Shown: piece after piece, positions 28,312 to 39,400 of the stretch
Position numbering within the stretch: the stretch's first letter is position 1
Layout of the letters: each line of letters starts with the position of its first letter
Assembly (NCBI GenBank): GCA_943788175.1
Contig: CALSPG010000003.1
Location: 54,799 to 118,798, forward strand
From: an uncultured bacterium
GTDB taxonomy: Bacteria; Fidelibacterota; Marinisomatia; Marinisomatales; UBA1611
Direction: 5' to 3'
Length of the DNA: 64,000 bases
Notes under the pieces: model-generated
Database searches by the model: none
Seen by the model: the letters and a program-made list of their open reading frames with translations, nothing else
Told to the model about the DNA's origin: nothing
Program-made: the position numbers and the translations under genes

Positions 28312-29549
28312 GTTTGATTTTTTTAAATAAGGAGTAAAGTAACAATGTCAAAAGCAAAATTTGAAAGAACAAAACCCCATGTAAATATTGGGACTATTGG
28401 TCACGTTGATCATGGTAAAACAACGCTTACTGCTGCTATTACAATGCACCAAGGCGCTCATGGTTTAGCCGAGGTTCGTTCTTTTGATAGTATTGATAAT
28501 GCTCCTGAAGAAAGAGAGCGTGGTATTACGATTCAGACTGCTCATGTAGAATATGAGACTGAGAACCGTCACTATGCTCATGTTGATTGTCCTGGTCACG
28601 CTGATTATATTAAAAATATGATTACCGGCGCAGCGCAAATGGATGGTGGTATTTTAGTTGTATCTGCTGCTGATGGTCCAATGCCTCAGACTAGAGAGCA
28701 CGTTTTATTAGCGAGGCAGGTAAATGTTCCAAGTCTTGTTGTATTTATGAATAAGGTTGATCAAGTAGATGACCCTGAGCTTTTAGAACTTGTTGAGATG
28801 GAATTGCGTGATCTTCTTAATGAGTACGAATTTCCTGGCGATGACACTCCTATTATTATGGGTAGTGCGCTCAATGCCTTGAACGATTCAAATGATGAAG
28901 TTGCTAACAAGTGTATTGTTGACTTGATGGACGCTTGTGATAACTTTATTCCTGAGCCAAAAAGAGACATTGACAAACCTTTTCTTATGCCTGTTGAGGA
29001 TGTTTTTAGTATTACTGGTCGTGGTACTGTCGGTACTGGTCGCATTGAAAGAGGAATCATTAAAGTTGGTGATGAGATAGAAGTCGTCGGTATGGGTACT
29101 CTAACGAAGACAACTGTTACAGGTGTTGAAATGTTTCGTAAGTTATTAGATCAAGGTCAGGCTGGAGATAACGCCGGGCTCTTACTGCGCGGTATTGATA
29201 AAGAAGATTTAAGTAGGGGGCAAGTATTGGCCCTGCCTGGCAGTATTACTCCACACACGAAGTTTAAAGCGAGTGTTTACATTTTGAAAAAAGAAGAGGG
29301 TGGTCGTCATACTCCGTTTTTTAATGGTTACAGACCGCAGTTCTATTTTAGGACAACAGATGTAACGGGAGTGGTTACATTGCCAGAAGGTACTGAAATG
29401 GTTATGCCTGGTGACAATGTAGAATTTGAAGTTTCATTAATTACATCAGTAGCGATGGATAAAGAACTTAGGTTTGCCATTCGTGAAGGTGGGCATACTG
29501 TTGGTGCAGGTGTCGTAACAGAGATTGTTGAGTAGGGTATAATATGGCT
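28312..29549 (+). repeat. 1,238-bp direct repeat, copy 1 (tuf plus 33 nt upstream and 14 nt downstream)
   Basis: Matches 43734..44971 at a constant offset of 15,422 nt, with 6 substitutions found by eye. Confidence 0.95.
28345..29535 (+). CDS. tuf: elongation factor Tu (copy 1, tRNA-linked tufB-like position)
   Basis: [18 protein letters not shown] and NKVD motifs; 396 aa; AAGGAG RBS 9 nt upstream. Confidence 0.98.
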   Translation: MSKAKFERTKPHVNIGTIGHVDHGKTTLTAAITMHQGAHGLAEVRSFDSIDNAPEERERGITIQTAHVEYETENRHYAHVDCPGHADYIKNMITGAAQMDGGILVVSAADGPMPQTREHVLLARQVNVPSLVVFMNKVDQVDDPELLELVEMELRDLLNEYEFPGDDTPIIMGSALNALNDSNDEVANKCIVDLMDACDNFIPEPKRDIDKPFLMPVEDVFSITGRGTVGTGRIERGIIKVGDEIEVVGMGTLTKTTVTGVEMFRKLLDQGQAGDNAGLLLRGIDKEDLSRGQVLALPGSITPHTKFKASVYILKKEEGGRHTPFFNGYRPQFYFRTTDVTGVVTLPEGTEMVMPGDNVEFEVSLITSVAMDKELRFAIREGGHTVGAGVVTEIVE

Positions 29550-29708
29550 GGTAATAGTAAAAGAAATATAATTCAGTTAGAAAGTACTGCGGGAACAGGA
29601 TTTCGATATACTGTGACCAAAAGTAGAAAGCTACACCCTGAGCGTATTGAGTTTAAAAAATATGATCCAGTCATTCGTAAGCATGTGATCTTTAAAGAGA
29701 CTAAATAG
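29544..29708 (+). CDS. rpmG: 50S ribosomal protein L33
   Basis: A 54-aa ORF too short for the supplied track: [54 protein letters not shown]. It has the L33 pattern (..Y.T.KN......KLE.KKY.P..RKH..F.E.K) and the tuf-rpmG-tRNA-Trp-secE context. Confidence 0.85.
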   Translation: MAGNSKRNIIQLESTAGTGFRYTVTKSRKLHPERIEFKKYDPVIRKHVIFKETK

Positions 29709-29739
29709 GTAGTTAGGGGTGATTTTATAGATATTGCAT

Positions 29740-29812
29740 AGGAGAGTAGCTCAACTGGTAGAGCACCGGTCTCCAACACCGGGGGTTGCGGGTTCGAGCC
29801 CTGCCTCTCCTG
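29740..29812 (+). tRNA. tRNA-Trp (anticodon CCA)
   Basis: Acceptor AGGAGAG/CTCTCCT, anticodon stem CCGGT/ACCGG with loop CTCCAAC, T arm GCGGG-TTCGAGC-CCTGC. Confidence 0.92.
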
Positions 29813-29846
29813 CATAAAATTAATCTAAAAATTTAAATAATATAAA

Positions 29847-30029
29847 ATGATAAAAAAAGTTCAGCAGTTTGGGGTAGATGTTAAGTTTGAGATGAGTAAA
29901 GTTTCATGGCCTGATTGGGATAGTTTAAAAGGGTCTACTTATGTGGTTCTGATTTTGTCTTTAATTTTAACAATTTTTTTATTTATTGTGGATTTGTTTC
30001 TTTCTAAATCTATTTCAACAATTATGTAA
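29847..30029 (+). CDS. secE: preprotein translocase subunit SecE
   Basis: 60 aa with a single C-terminal TM, E.KKV.WP-like motif (EMSKVSWP), immediately upstream of nusG. Confidence 0.85.
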   Translation: MIKKVQQFGVDVKFEMSKVSWPDWDSLKGSTYVVLILSLILTIFLFIVDLFLSKSISTIM

Positions 30030-30033
30030 TTTT

Positions 30034-30567
30034 ATGAATTGGTATACACTAAGAGTTATTTCAGGAAAAGAAAAAAAGATAAGAGAAAGTATTCTCTTTG
30101 ATGTAGAAACAGCAAATTTACAAGATCATATTGAAAATATTTTAGTTCCGACTGAGAATGTTTTGGAAATGCGTGATGGTAAAAAAAAGATTAAAGAGAA
30201 GGTCTTTTTCCCTGGTTATTTACTGATCCATATTGAAATGAATAAAGAAACAAAATATGTTGTAGAGAACGTTAATGGTGTGATTAGTTTTGTTGGTTCT
30301 AGTGGTAAGCCAGAAGCTTTGAAGCCCGATGAAGTGAAAAGATTTCTAGGTGATCATGATGGTGCGGACGGGCCAATTGTGGTTACAGAGGCGGCTCCAT
30401 TCAAGGTAGGCGATTCAGTCAATGTAAAGGATGGTCCTTTTGTAGATTTTTCTGGTGTCGTTCAAGAGGTTAGTCATGAGAAGCAAAAGTTAAAAGTTTC
30501 GGTAAGTATTTTTGGGCGTTCAACTCCAGTTGAGTTAGATTATCTGCAAGTCGCACTTGACAATTAA
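30034..30567 (+). CDS. nusG: transcription termination/antitermination factor NusG
   Basis: The ATG at 30034 gives MNWYTLRVISGKEKK. It has an NGN domain plus a C-terminal KOW (GDSVNVKDGPFVDFSGVVQEV). Confidence 0.93.
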   Translation: MNWYTLRVISGKEKKIRESILFDVETANLQDHIENILVPTENVLEMRDGKKKIKEKVFFPGYLLIHIEMNKETKYVVENVNGVISFVGSSGKPEALKPDEVKRFLGDHDGADGPIVVTEAAPFKVGDSVNVKDGPFVDFSGVVQEVSHEKQKLKVSVSIFGRSTPVELDYLQVALDN

Positions 30568-30582
30568 ATAAGGGTTTTATTG

Positions 30583-31008
30583 ATGGCGAAGAAAATTATA
30601 GGTTTTATTAAGTTGCAAATTCCTGCGGGTCAAGCGAATCCTGCTCCCCCTGTTGGGCCTGCGCTTGGTCAGCAAGGTGTTAATATCATGGATTTTTGCA
30701 AGTCATTTAATGCTAAGACTCAAGATAAGGCCGGTGATGTAATTCCTGTTGAAATTACTGTTTATGCTGATAGGAGTTTTACGTTTGTGACAAAAACTCC
30801 CCCCGCTTCAAGACTGATTTTAAAATCGGCTAAGTTAAGTAAAGGTTCTAGTGAGCCTAATAAAGAAAAAGTCGGGGCTATAAGTGAGTCTGAATTAGAA
30901 AAAATTGCCGGAGTTAAAATGGCTGATTTAAATGCTAATTCTGTTGAACAAGCCAAAGAAATGATAAGAGGGACTGCTAAGTCTATGGGTATTGAGGTGA
31001 AAGGTTAA
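30583..31008 (+). CDS. rplK: 50S ribosomal protein L11
   Basis: [35 protein letters not shown]; the ATG at 30583 is preferred over the adjacent in-frame TTG at 30580. Confidence 0.97.
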   Translation: MAKKIIGFIKLQIPAGQANPAPPVGPALGQQGVNIMDFCKSFNAKTQDKAGDVIPVEITVYADRSFTFVTKTPPASRLILKSAKLSKGSSEPNKEKVGAISESELEKIAGVKMADLNANSVEQAKEMIRGTAKSMGIEVKG

Positions 31009-31013
31009 ATAAG

Positions 31014-31700
31014 ATGGCTAAAATCAAACAAAAATCAATTGATGAATTTTATGATAAAGAAGTTGTTTACGATTTAAGTGATGCCGTTGAGATTGTGAAA
31101 AAAGTATCTTCTGTCAAATTTGATGAGACAATTGATTTGGCGATAAATCTAAATGTTGATCCGCGTCATGCTGAAGAGAATATTAGAATTAGCACATCTC
31201 TTCCTAATGGCACTGGTAAAAAAGTTGTCTTGTTGGTTCTTGCTCAAGGGCCGAAGGTCCAAGAAGCCTTAGACGCTGGTGCTGATTATTGTGGCAATAA
31301 AGACTATTTAGATAAAATTAAAGCTGGATGGGTTGATGTTGATAAGATTATAGCAACACCTGATATGATGGCTGAACTTGGTAAGCTTGGTAAAATTTTA
31401 GGTCCAAAAGGTTTGATGCCTAATCCAAAAAGTGGTACAGTTACTATGGATGTTGCCAAGGCTGTTTCTGACCAAAAAGCTGGTATGGTTGAGCTTCGTG
31501 TTGAAAAAACAGGTATCGTTCATACTGTTTGCGGAAAAGTTTCATTTGACAGTTCGGCTCTAGTTGAGAATATTTCTGTAATTTATAATTCTTTACTAAA
31601 GTCGAGGCCTCCATCGGTAAAGGGTCAATATTTTGTGAAGATGTCTATGTCTTCGACCATGGGTCCTAGTGTAAAAATAAATATTAATTCTATAGGGTAA
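31014..31700 (+). CDS. rplA: 50S ribosomal protein L1
   Basis: L1 pattern ([35 protein letters not shown]); follows rplK. Confidence 0.96.
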   Translation: MAKIKQKSIDEFYDKEVVYDLSDAVEIVKKVSSVKFDETIDLAINLNVDPRHAEENIRISTSLPNGTGKKVVLLVLAQGPKVQEALDAGADYCGNKDYLDKIKAGWVDVDKIIATPDMMAELGKLGKILGPKGLMPNPKSGTVTMDVAKAVSDQKAGMVELRVEKTGIVHTVCGKVSFDSSALVENISVIYNSLLKSRPPSVKGQYFVKMSMSSTMGPSVKININSIG

Positions 31701-31707
31701 ATAAACT

Positions 31708-32232
31708 ATGCCTAATCAAAAAAATATTAAAAATCTTGAGCAGTTAACAGATAAGTTGTCCAAGGCAAAATCTATTTATTTTACAGATTATTTAGGCTTA
31801 AATGTTTCTGACGTTACTGCACTTAGGAAAAAGTTTTTTGAAAAAAATGTTGAATACTTAGTGGTTAAAAATACATTGTTGAAAATTGCTTCGCAAAAAA
31901 ATGATATTAACCTTTCCAGTGATTTGTTTGTTGGATCGACTGCTATTGCGTTGTCATATGATGAGCCTGTTGCAGCTGCAAAGGTAATTAAGGGTTTTCT
32001 TAAGGAGCATGATTTACCAACTGTTAAAGGTCTGGTTTTTGAAGGCGCCTATCATGAAGCTAATCAGTTTGAAAAAATTGCAAATTTACCTAGTAAAGAA
32101 GAGTCTCTTGCGATTCTTGCGATTATGTTAAATAGTCCAATGCAAAATCTTGTGAATGTTCTCAATTCATCAATGGTGAAAGTCGTTAATGTTCTTGAAG
32201 CTGTTAAGAATAATAAAAATATTGAAAATTAA
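31708..32232 (+). CDS. rplJ: 50S ribosomal protein L10
   Basis: Position between rplA and rplL, with L10-like N-terminal region (YFTDYLGLNVSDVTALRKK). Confidence 0.93.
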   Translation: MPNQKNIKNLEQLTDKLSKAKSIYFTDYLGLNVSDVTALRKKFFEKNVEYLVVKNTLLKIASQKNDINLSSDLFVGSTAIALSYDEPVAAAKVIKGFLKEHDLPTVKGLVFEGAYHEANQFEKIANLPSKEESLAILAIMLNSPMQNLVNVLNSSMVKVVNVLEAVKNNKNIEN

Positions 32233-32249
32233 AATAAGGAGTTAATAAA

Positions 32250-32624
32250 ATGGCTGTAAAAAAAGAAGATGTATTAGCATATCTAGAAAATGCGAATATG
32301 ATGGAAGTTTCTGAGCTAATATCTGAAATCGAAGAGAAATTTGGTGTCTCTGCTGCTGCCCCTGTTGCTGTAGCTGCTGCCCCTGCTGGTGATGCTGGCG
32401 GTGATGTTGCGCAAACTGAGTTTGATGTAGTTTTGAAGGCTGCTGGTCAGCAAAAGATAAACGTTATTAAAGCTGTTAGGGCAATTACTGATCTAGGTTT
32501 AAAGGAAGCTAAAGAGTTAGTTGATTCAGCTCCAAAGGCTATTAAAGAGGGTGTCTCTGAATCTGAAGCAAATGAAATCAAGACCCAGCTTGAAGATGCT
32601 GGTGCAGAGGTTGAATTAAAATAA
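32250..32624 (+). CDS. rplL: 50S ribosomal protein L7/L12
   Basis: Ala-rich hinge [17 protein letters not shown] and C-terminal domain [24 protein letters not shown]. Confidence 0.97.
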   Translation: MAVKKEDVLAYLENANMMEVSELISEIEEKFGVSAAAPVAVAAAPAGDAGGDVAQTEFDVVLKAAGQQKINVIKAVRAITDLGLKEAKELVDSAPKAIKEGVSESEANEIKTQLEDAGAEVELK

Positions 32625-32668
32625 TTTTTTATTTAGCTTTTTTATTAAACATTACATCGGAGGATTAA

Positions 32669-35600
32669 TTGGAATCTTTTAACGTTTCAAAAAACAATAG
32701 GGTTACTTTTACCCATATACAAGAACTATTAGAAATACCTGATTTGCTATCTATTCAAACAAAAGCATATCAGCAATTTTTGCAAGAATATGAAGCTCCT
32801 GAAGCTAGAAAAGATTTAGGTCTGCAAGCAGTCTTGAATAGCGTCTTTCCGATTGAAGATTCTCATAGAAATTATATCCTTGAGTTTAATGCTTACTATT
32901 TAGGACAGCCCAAATATACCGGTGATGAATGCATTGATAGGGGTGTGACCTTTTCAGTGCCGCTTCGTGTTAAACTTTCTCTTCACATTACAGACGAAAG
33001 CAATAAAAATGAGTATGCTCAGAGCATTGAGCAGGATGTTTATTTTGGAAATATACCTTATATGACTGAAAAAGGCACATTTATTATTAATGGTGCCGAA
33101 AGAGTTATTGTTTCTCAATTGCAGCGTTCTCCAGGTGTCTTCTTTGATGAGTCGACCCACCCGAATGGAACTAAATTATTTCAAGCTAGAATTATTCCAG
33201 CTAGGGGTTCGTGGGTTGATTTTACTACTGACATAAATGATTGTCTCTTCGTCATTATTGATCGGAGGAGAAAGTTCCCAGTTACGATGTTACTTCGCGC
33301 TCTTGGTTATTCTTCAAATAGCGATATATGTAAAGCTTTTGGTAATTTAATAACTAAGAAAGTAAAGGGTAAAGGTCTTGAAAAATATATTGGTGCTACT
33401 ATAACTGAGGATGTAATTGATACAAAAACTGGTGAGATATTTTTTGAAAGTGGTACGGAATTATCTGGCGATATAATAGAAAAACTCAAAGAAAATGGTG
33501 TTGATGAAATTAATCTTGTTGATGGTAATAAAGATTTTTCATCTATGTTGCTATTAAATACTATTAGCAAAGACCCTACCCGCGATACTGAAGGTGCACT
33601 TCAAGTTGTTTATCAATTGTTGCGAACTAGTGAGCCGCCTAATCTTGAGACAGCTCAAAAGTTTATTGAACGTATCTTTTTCAGTCCTAAAAAATATGAT
33701 TTAGGTCAGGTTGGGAGATATCGTTTAAATCAACAATTTAATCTTGATGTTCCTGTTGAAGAAACTGTCCTTACCATGGAAGACATTATTCAGGTTCTTG
33801 TCACTCTAATAGATATGAGAAGAGGTGATAGAGGTGTTGATGATATTGATCACTTGGGTAATAGAAGAGTTAAGACTATTGGTGAACAATTAACTAATCA
33901 ATTTAGTATTGCTTTGAGTAGAATGATAAGAACGATTCATGAACGTATGAATCTCAGAGAATCTGAGAGTATTACGCCTCAAGATTTAATCAATTCTAGA
34001 GTTGTGACTACTGTTATTAATACTTTCTTCGGTACTTCTCAGTTATCCCAGTTTGGTGATCAAACAAATCCGCTTGCTGAAATTACTCACAAACGAAGAA
34101 TATCTGCGTTGGGTCCTGGTGGTTTAACCAGGGAAAGAGCTGGTTTTGAAGTTAGGGATGTTCATTATACTCATTATGGGCGATTGTGTCCAATTGAAAC
34201 TCCTGAAGGTCCAAATATTGGTTTAATATCTTCTCTTGCTATGTTCGCTGAAGTCAACAATCACGGTTTTATTGAATCTCCTTACAGGGAGGTTGTAAAG
34301 TCTAAAGGGAAGTCGAGAGTTACTGATAATATCAAATACTTATCTGCAGATGACGAAGATCGTGTTATGGTAGCGCAAGCCAGTACAGAGTTGGATTCTG
34401 AAAAAAACATTACTGAAAAAAACATAAGAACTCGTGTTAAAGGTGATTTTCCAATAGTTGGCCCTGAGAGTGTAGATTATGTAGAGGTTTCCCCAACTCA
34501 GATTTTAAGTGTTGCTGCAGCCTTGATTCCTTTTCTAGATCATGATGATGCTAACAGAGCCCTGATGGGTTCTAATATGCAACGACAAGCTGTTCCTTTA
34601 ATGTATCCTCAGTCACCAATTGTTGGTACTGGAATGGAAAGTCGTGTCGCTAAAGATTCAAGGTCATGTGTTGTTTCTCCTGTTTCTGGGCGTGTTGTTT
34701 ATGTTGATGCAGAAACAATTCATATAAAAAGGAAAGATGTTCAAGATAGTCTAACTCTTTTTGAAGGTGAAGCTATTCATGAGATAAAATTAAAAAAATA
34801 TTTCAGAACAAATCAAAATACAGTTCATAATCAACGACCTCTCGTTACCGAAGGTCAGAAAATTGAAGCTGGAGATGTTGTTGCTGATGGTGCGGCTACA
34901 GAAATGGGTGAGTTGGCTCTTGGTTCAAATGTCCATGTTGCTTATATGGCATGGCGTGGCTATAATTTTGAAGATGCTATCGTTGTAAGCGAGCGTCTAG
35001 TCAAAGATGATACTTTTAGTTCTGTTCACTGTAATGAGATTGAAGTTGAGGTTAGGGATACCAAGCGAGGTCAAGAAGAGCTTACACCTGAAATTCCAAA
35101 TGTAAGTGAAGATGCTACGAAGGATTTAGATGAGGAAGGTATTGTTCGAGAAGGTGCGCGTGTAAAAGAAGGTGACATTCTTATTGGTAAGGTTACCCCT
35201 AAGGGTGAGTCAGACCCAACTCCTGAAGAAAAATTGCTTCGAGCTATTTTTGGTGAAAAAGCTGGTGAGGTAAAAGATGCATCTAAGAGGGCTGAACCAG
35301 GTATTAAAGGTTGCGTGATTCGAACAAAATTATTTGAAAAACAGGCGAAGAGAACAAAAGCAGAAGAGAGAGAGCAGATTCGAGAATATCAGAGGAAAGC
35401 GTCCGAAGATAAGAAAAATTTAAAAATTTCCCGAGATGAAAAGTTATTAGCTTTAATGTTGGATCAAGTTTCTAATGGAATTCGTAGTGTTTCTAGTAAT
35501 AGGACGCTAATTAAAAAGTCTACAAAGCTTACTTCAAAAAGATTGTCAGGTTTTGATTTAGAGAGATTCGCTCAAGATGTAGCTTGGGTTGAGGATACAA

Positions 35601-36448
35601 GGACATGGAACAAAATTTCTAAAGTTTGGCTTTCTTTTAGAAAAGAATGGTCAAGATTAGAAACTCAGCTTGAGAGGCAAGTATTTAAGTTGAAGATTGG
35701 TGACGAACTGCAACCTGGTATTCTTCGAATGGCAAAAGTTTATGTTGCACAAAAGCGTAAGCTTCAAGTTGGTGACAAAATGGCTGGTAGGCACGGTAAT
35801 AAAGGTATTGTTGCGACTATCGTACCTGAGGAAGATATGCCATTTTTAGAAGATGGTACTCCTGTTGATATTGTTTTAAATCCGCTGGGTGTGCCTTCAA
35901 GGATGAATTTAGGCCAGTTATATGAGGCGATGTTGGGCTGGGCTGGTATGGCTACTGGTAATAAATATTCTACTCCAGTTTTTAACGGTGCTTCGCCTGA
36001 ACAGGTATTAAATGAGTTGAATAGTGCTGGCTTGCCTATTACAGGCAAAACTAAGCTTATTGATGGTGTCACTGGTGAAGCATTTGATAATCCTGTTACT
36101 GTGGGTGTTTCTTATATTATGAAGCTTAGTCATATGGTTGATGATAAAATGCACGCTAGGTCAACAGGTCCGTATTCGCTAATTACTCAGCAGCCATTAG
36201 GAGGGAAAGCTCAGTTTGGTGGACAGCGTTTTGGTGAAATGGAGGTCTGGGCTTTACAAGCATATGGTGCCGCTCATACATTGCATGAGATCTTGACTGT
36301 TAAGTCTGATGATGTAGAAGGTCGGTCTAAAGTTTATAATGCTATTGTAAGAGGCGAGCAAATGCCGGAGTTTTCAGCGCCTGAATCATTTAATGTCATG
36401 ATCAAAGAGCTCCAAGGTCTTTGCATTGATGTAGAACTAGATAATTAA
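32669..36448 (+). CDS. rpoB: DNA-directed RNA polymerase subunit beta
   Basis: 1259 aa; GPNIGLISSLA, NMQRQAVPL and GDKMAGRHGNKG motifs. TTG start 4 nt after GGAGGA. Confidence 0.98.
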   Translation: MESFNVSKNNRVTFTHIQELLEIPDLLSIQTKAYQQFLQEYEAPEARKDLGLQAVLNSVFPIEDSHRNYILEFNAYYLGQPKYTGDECIDRGVTFSVPLRVKLSLHITDESNKNEYAQSIEQDVYFGNIPYMTEKGTFIINGAERVIVSQLQRSPGVFFDESTHPNGTKLFQARIIPARGSWVDFTTDINDCLFVIIDRRRKFPVTMLLRALGYSSNSDICKAFGNLITKKVKGKGLEKYIGATITEDVIDTKTGEIFFESGTELSGDIIEKLKENGVDEINLVDGNKDFSSMLLLNTISKDPTRDTEGALQVVYQLLRTSEPPNLETAQKFIERIFFSPKKYDLGQVGRYRLNQQFNLDVPVEETVLTMEDIIQVLVTLIDMRRGDRGVDDIDHLGNRRVKTIGEQLTNQFSIALSRMIRTIHERMNLRESESITPQDLINSRVVTTVINTFFGTSQLSQFGDQTNPLAEITHKRRISALGPGGLTRERAGFEVRDVHYTHYGRLCPIETPEGPNIGLISSLAMFAEVNNHGFIESPYREVVKSKGKSRVTDNIKYLSADDEDRVMVAQASTELDSEKNITEKNIRTRVKGDFPIVGPESVDYVEVSPTQILSVAAALIPFLDHDDANRALMGSNMQRQAVPLMYPQSPIVGTGMESRVAKDSRSCVVSPVSGRVVYVDAETIHIKRKDVQDSLTLFEGEAIHEIKLKKYFRTNQNTVHNQRPLVTEGQKIEAGDVVADGAATEMGELALGSNVHVAYMAWRGYNFEDAIVVSERLVKDDTFSSVHCNEIEVEVRDTKRGQEELTPEIPNVSEDATKDLDEEGIVREGARVKEGDILIGKVTPKGESDPTPEEKLLRAIFGEKAGEVKDASKRAEPGIKGCVIRTKLFEKQAKRTKAEEREQIREYQRKASEDKKNLKISRDEKLLALMLDQVSNGIRSVSSNRTLIKKSTKLTSKRLSGFDLERFAQDVAWVEDTRTWNKISKVWLSFRKEWSRLETQLERQVFKLKIGDELQPGILRMAKVYVAQKRKLQVGDKMAGRHGNKGIVATIVPEEDMPFLEDGTPVDIVLNPLGVPSRMNLGQLYEAMLGWAGMATGNKYSTPVFNGASPEQVLNELNSAGLPITGKTKLIDGVTGEAFDNPVTVGVSYIMKLSHMVDDKMHARSTGPYSLITQQPLGGKAQFGGQRFGEMEVWALQAYGAAHTLHEILTVKSDDVEGRSKVYNAIVRGEQMPEFSAPESFNVMIKELQGLCIDVELDN

Positions 36449-36459
36449 GAGGAATAAAA

Positions 36460-39400
36460 TTGACTTATATACAATCAAATAACTTAGATACTTCAAAATC
36501 TTACAGTTCGATTACCATTGGTTTGGCCTCTCCTGAGTCTATTTTGGCCAGGTCTTATGGTGAAATTTTAAAGCCCGAGACTATTAATTATAGGTCTTAC
36601 AAGCCTGAAAAGGATGGTCTTTTTTGCGAGAAGATTTTTGGGCCAGTTAAGGACTACGAATGTCACTGCGGTAAATATAAAGGTATTCGCTACCGCGGTA
36701 TTATTTGCGACAGATGTGGTGTCGAGGTTACTAGAAAAAAAGTAAGAAGAGAAAGAATGGGGCATATTACTCTTGCTGTACCGATTGTCCATATTTGGTA
36801 TCTGAGGTCTATTCCAAGTAAGTTGAGTTATTTAGCCGGTAGAAGCACAAAAGAGCTTGAGCGGGTAATTTATTATGAGATGTATATGGTGCTTGATCCT
36901 GCTGATAGTGGTCTTAAGCCTTTTGATCTAATAGAAGAAGAAGATTATCTAGATTACGAGCAAAAATTTGGTTTTTCTGCTGTCAGCGAGGAGCGAAGAG
37001 ATAATGATGATTATTTTTATGCTGCCATGGGTGGGGAAGCAATTAAAGAAATGCTTGCTAGAATAAATATAATGGAGCTCAAAAAAGAGCTTGAAGATAT
37101 TGTTAAAACGTCCAAATCTAAACAAAAAAGGACGGATGCATTAAAAAGGCTGAAGGTTACTTATTCTTTTGTGCCAGACCCAACTAAAAAACGTCTGAAT
37201 AAGCCAGAATGGATGATTGTTTCTATCCTTCCCGTTATTCCTCCGGAGCTTAGGCCATTAGTGCCCTTAGAGGGCGGTAGGTTTGCTGCTAGTGACTTAA
37301 ATGACCTTTATAGAAGGATCATTATTAGGAACAATAGATTAAAGCAGTTGATGGAGATTAAGGCGCCTGATGTAATTTTAAGAAATGAAAAAAGAATGTT
37401 GCAAGAATCAGTAGATGCGCTTTTTGATAATAGTCGAAGAAAGACTGCTATTCGAAGCGGTTCTCGTCGACCTTTAAAATCTCTTTCTGATATGCTCAGA
37501 GGTAAGACTGGTAGATTTAGGCAAAACTTGCTTGGTAAGAGAGTTGATTATTCAGGTAGGTCGGTTATTGTTGTCGGTCCACAGTTAAAATTGCAAGAAT
37601 GTGGATTGCCTAAAAATATGGCTTTAGAGCTGTTTAAACCTCATATGATTCGAGAGTTGATGGGGCGCGGATATACCCAAACTCCTAGGAGCGCAAAATT
37701 GATGATTGAGAATCATGAGCCAGTTGTATACAAAGTTTTAGAATATGTGGTTAAGGATCATCCTGTCATGTTAAATAGGGCTCCAACTCTTCATAGGCTT
37801 GGGATTCAAGCTTTCCAACCGGTGTTGGTTGAAGGTAAGGCTATCCAGTTACATCCACTAGTTTGCTCTGCTTTTAATGCTGATTTTGATGGTGACCAAA
37901 TGGCTGTTCATGTGCCGTTATCTCTTCCTGCTCAGATGGAGGCTAGGATGTTGATGCTCGCAAGTCATAATATTTTGCACCCAGCTAACGGTCAGCCTAT
38001 TGCTGTCCCTTCTCAGGATATGATTCTTGGCTCTTATTATCTGACAAAGTTAAAAAATGGTGATTTAGGCGAAGGTAAACTTTTTGGGTCTATTGATGAG
38101 GTGGTTTTAGCTCATGAAAATAGGGTTGTAGGTATGCATGCCAAAATCTCTGTTAAGCATAAAGGTGTATGGATAAAAGATACTACTGTTGGTAGGGCTA
38201 TTTTCAATTCGATTTTGCCTACTGAAATGGATTTTATTGATGCACTTATTGATAAAAAACTATTAACAGAAGTTGTCAATCAATGTTATCTAGTAGTTGG
38301 TAATTATAAGACAGTAATCTTTTTAGACGACTTAAAAGATTTAGGTTTTAAAATGGCTACACTTAGTGGTCTTTCAATTTCTATTAGTGATGTATTAATA
38401 CCTGGCGAAAAGGATAATATTCTCGCAATTGCTTTTGATAAAGTAAATGATATCAAAAATAAATTTGACAGACATGTTTTAACAGAAGGTGAACGTTATA
38501 ATAAGGTTATCGATGTCTGGACGCACACTACAAACCATGTAGCGCAAGTTATGGAGCAGGAGTTGAGAAAGGACAATCAAGGGTTTAATGCGCTTTCCAT
38601 GATGACAGATTCTGGTGCTAGGGGTAGTAAGGATCAGATAAAGCAGCTAGCGGGAATGCGAGGCCTGATGGCAAAGCCTCAAAAGTCTATGAAAGGTGGT
38701 GTCGGTGAGATTATTGAGTCTCCAATAACATCGAATTTTAAAGAAGGATTGTCTGTTTTTGAGTATTTTATTTCAACTCACGGTGCTAGAAAAGGTCTTG
38801 CTGATACAGCTTTAAAAACTGCTGACGCTGGGTATCTTACTCGGAGGCTAGTCGATGTAGCTCAGGATGTTGTTGTCTATGAAGAGGATTGTGGTACAAT
38901 TAATGGTATTCTTATTTCAGACTTAAAAGAGGGTGAAGAAATTATCGAACCTATTGCTGATCGTATTTTAGGTAGAACTATTCTTGATGATTTTATTGAT
39001 AGAGGTAAGGTTGTTGTGAAGGCTGGTTCTGTTTTATCTGAAAAGGAAGCAGAGTTAATTGGTGATAGCGGTGTTGAGAGTGTTCAGATTAGGTCTGTTC
39101 TGACTTGTGATACTAAAAGAGGTATATGCGCTAAGTGTTATGGTTGGGATTTGTCTCTTCACAAAATTGTTGATATCGGAACATCTGTTGGCATAAGAGC
39201 CGCTCAAAGTATTGGTGAGCCTGGAACTCAGTTAACTCTTCGAACATTTCATATTGGTGGTACTGCTAGTAGAGTCATTGAGCAATCTGAAATGAAAAAT
39301 AAACGCGCTGGAGTTGTTGAATTTTCTGATAATTATGATTATGCTATTACCAGAGATGAGGCTGGTCTGGAGGTTCGTAGATGTATGGTTAGACATGCGA

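Noticed and set aside
28312-29549. The tuf duplication as evidence of a mobile element or horizontally acquired cassette
   Set aside because: There are no inverted repeats, target-site duplications, integrase or transposase genes, or compositional break at the boundaries. The flanks are the canonical tRNA and str-operon contexts, so ordinary paralogy with conversion explains it.
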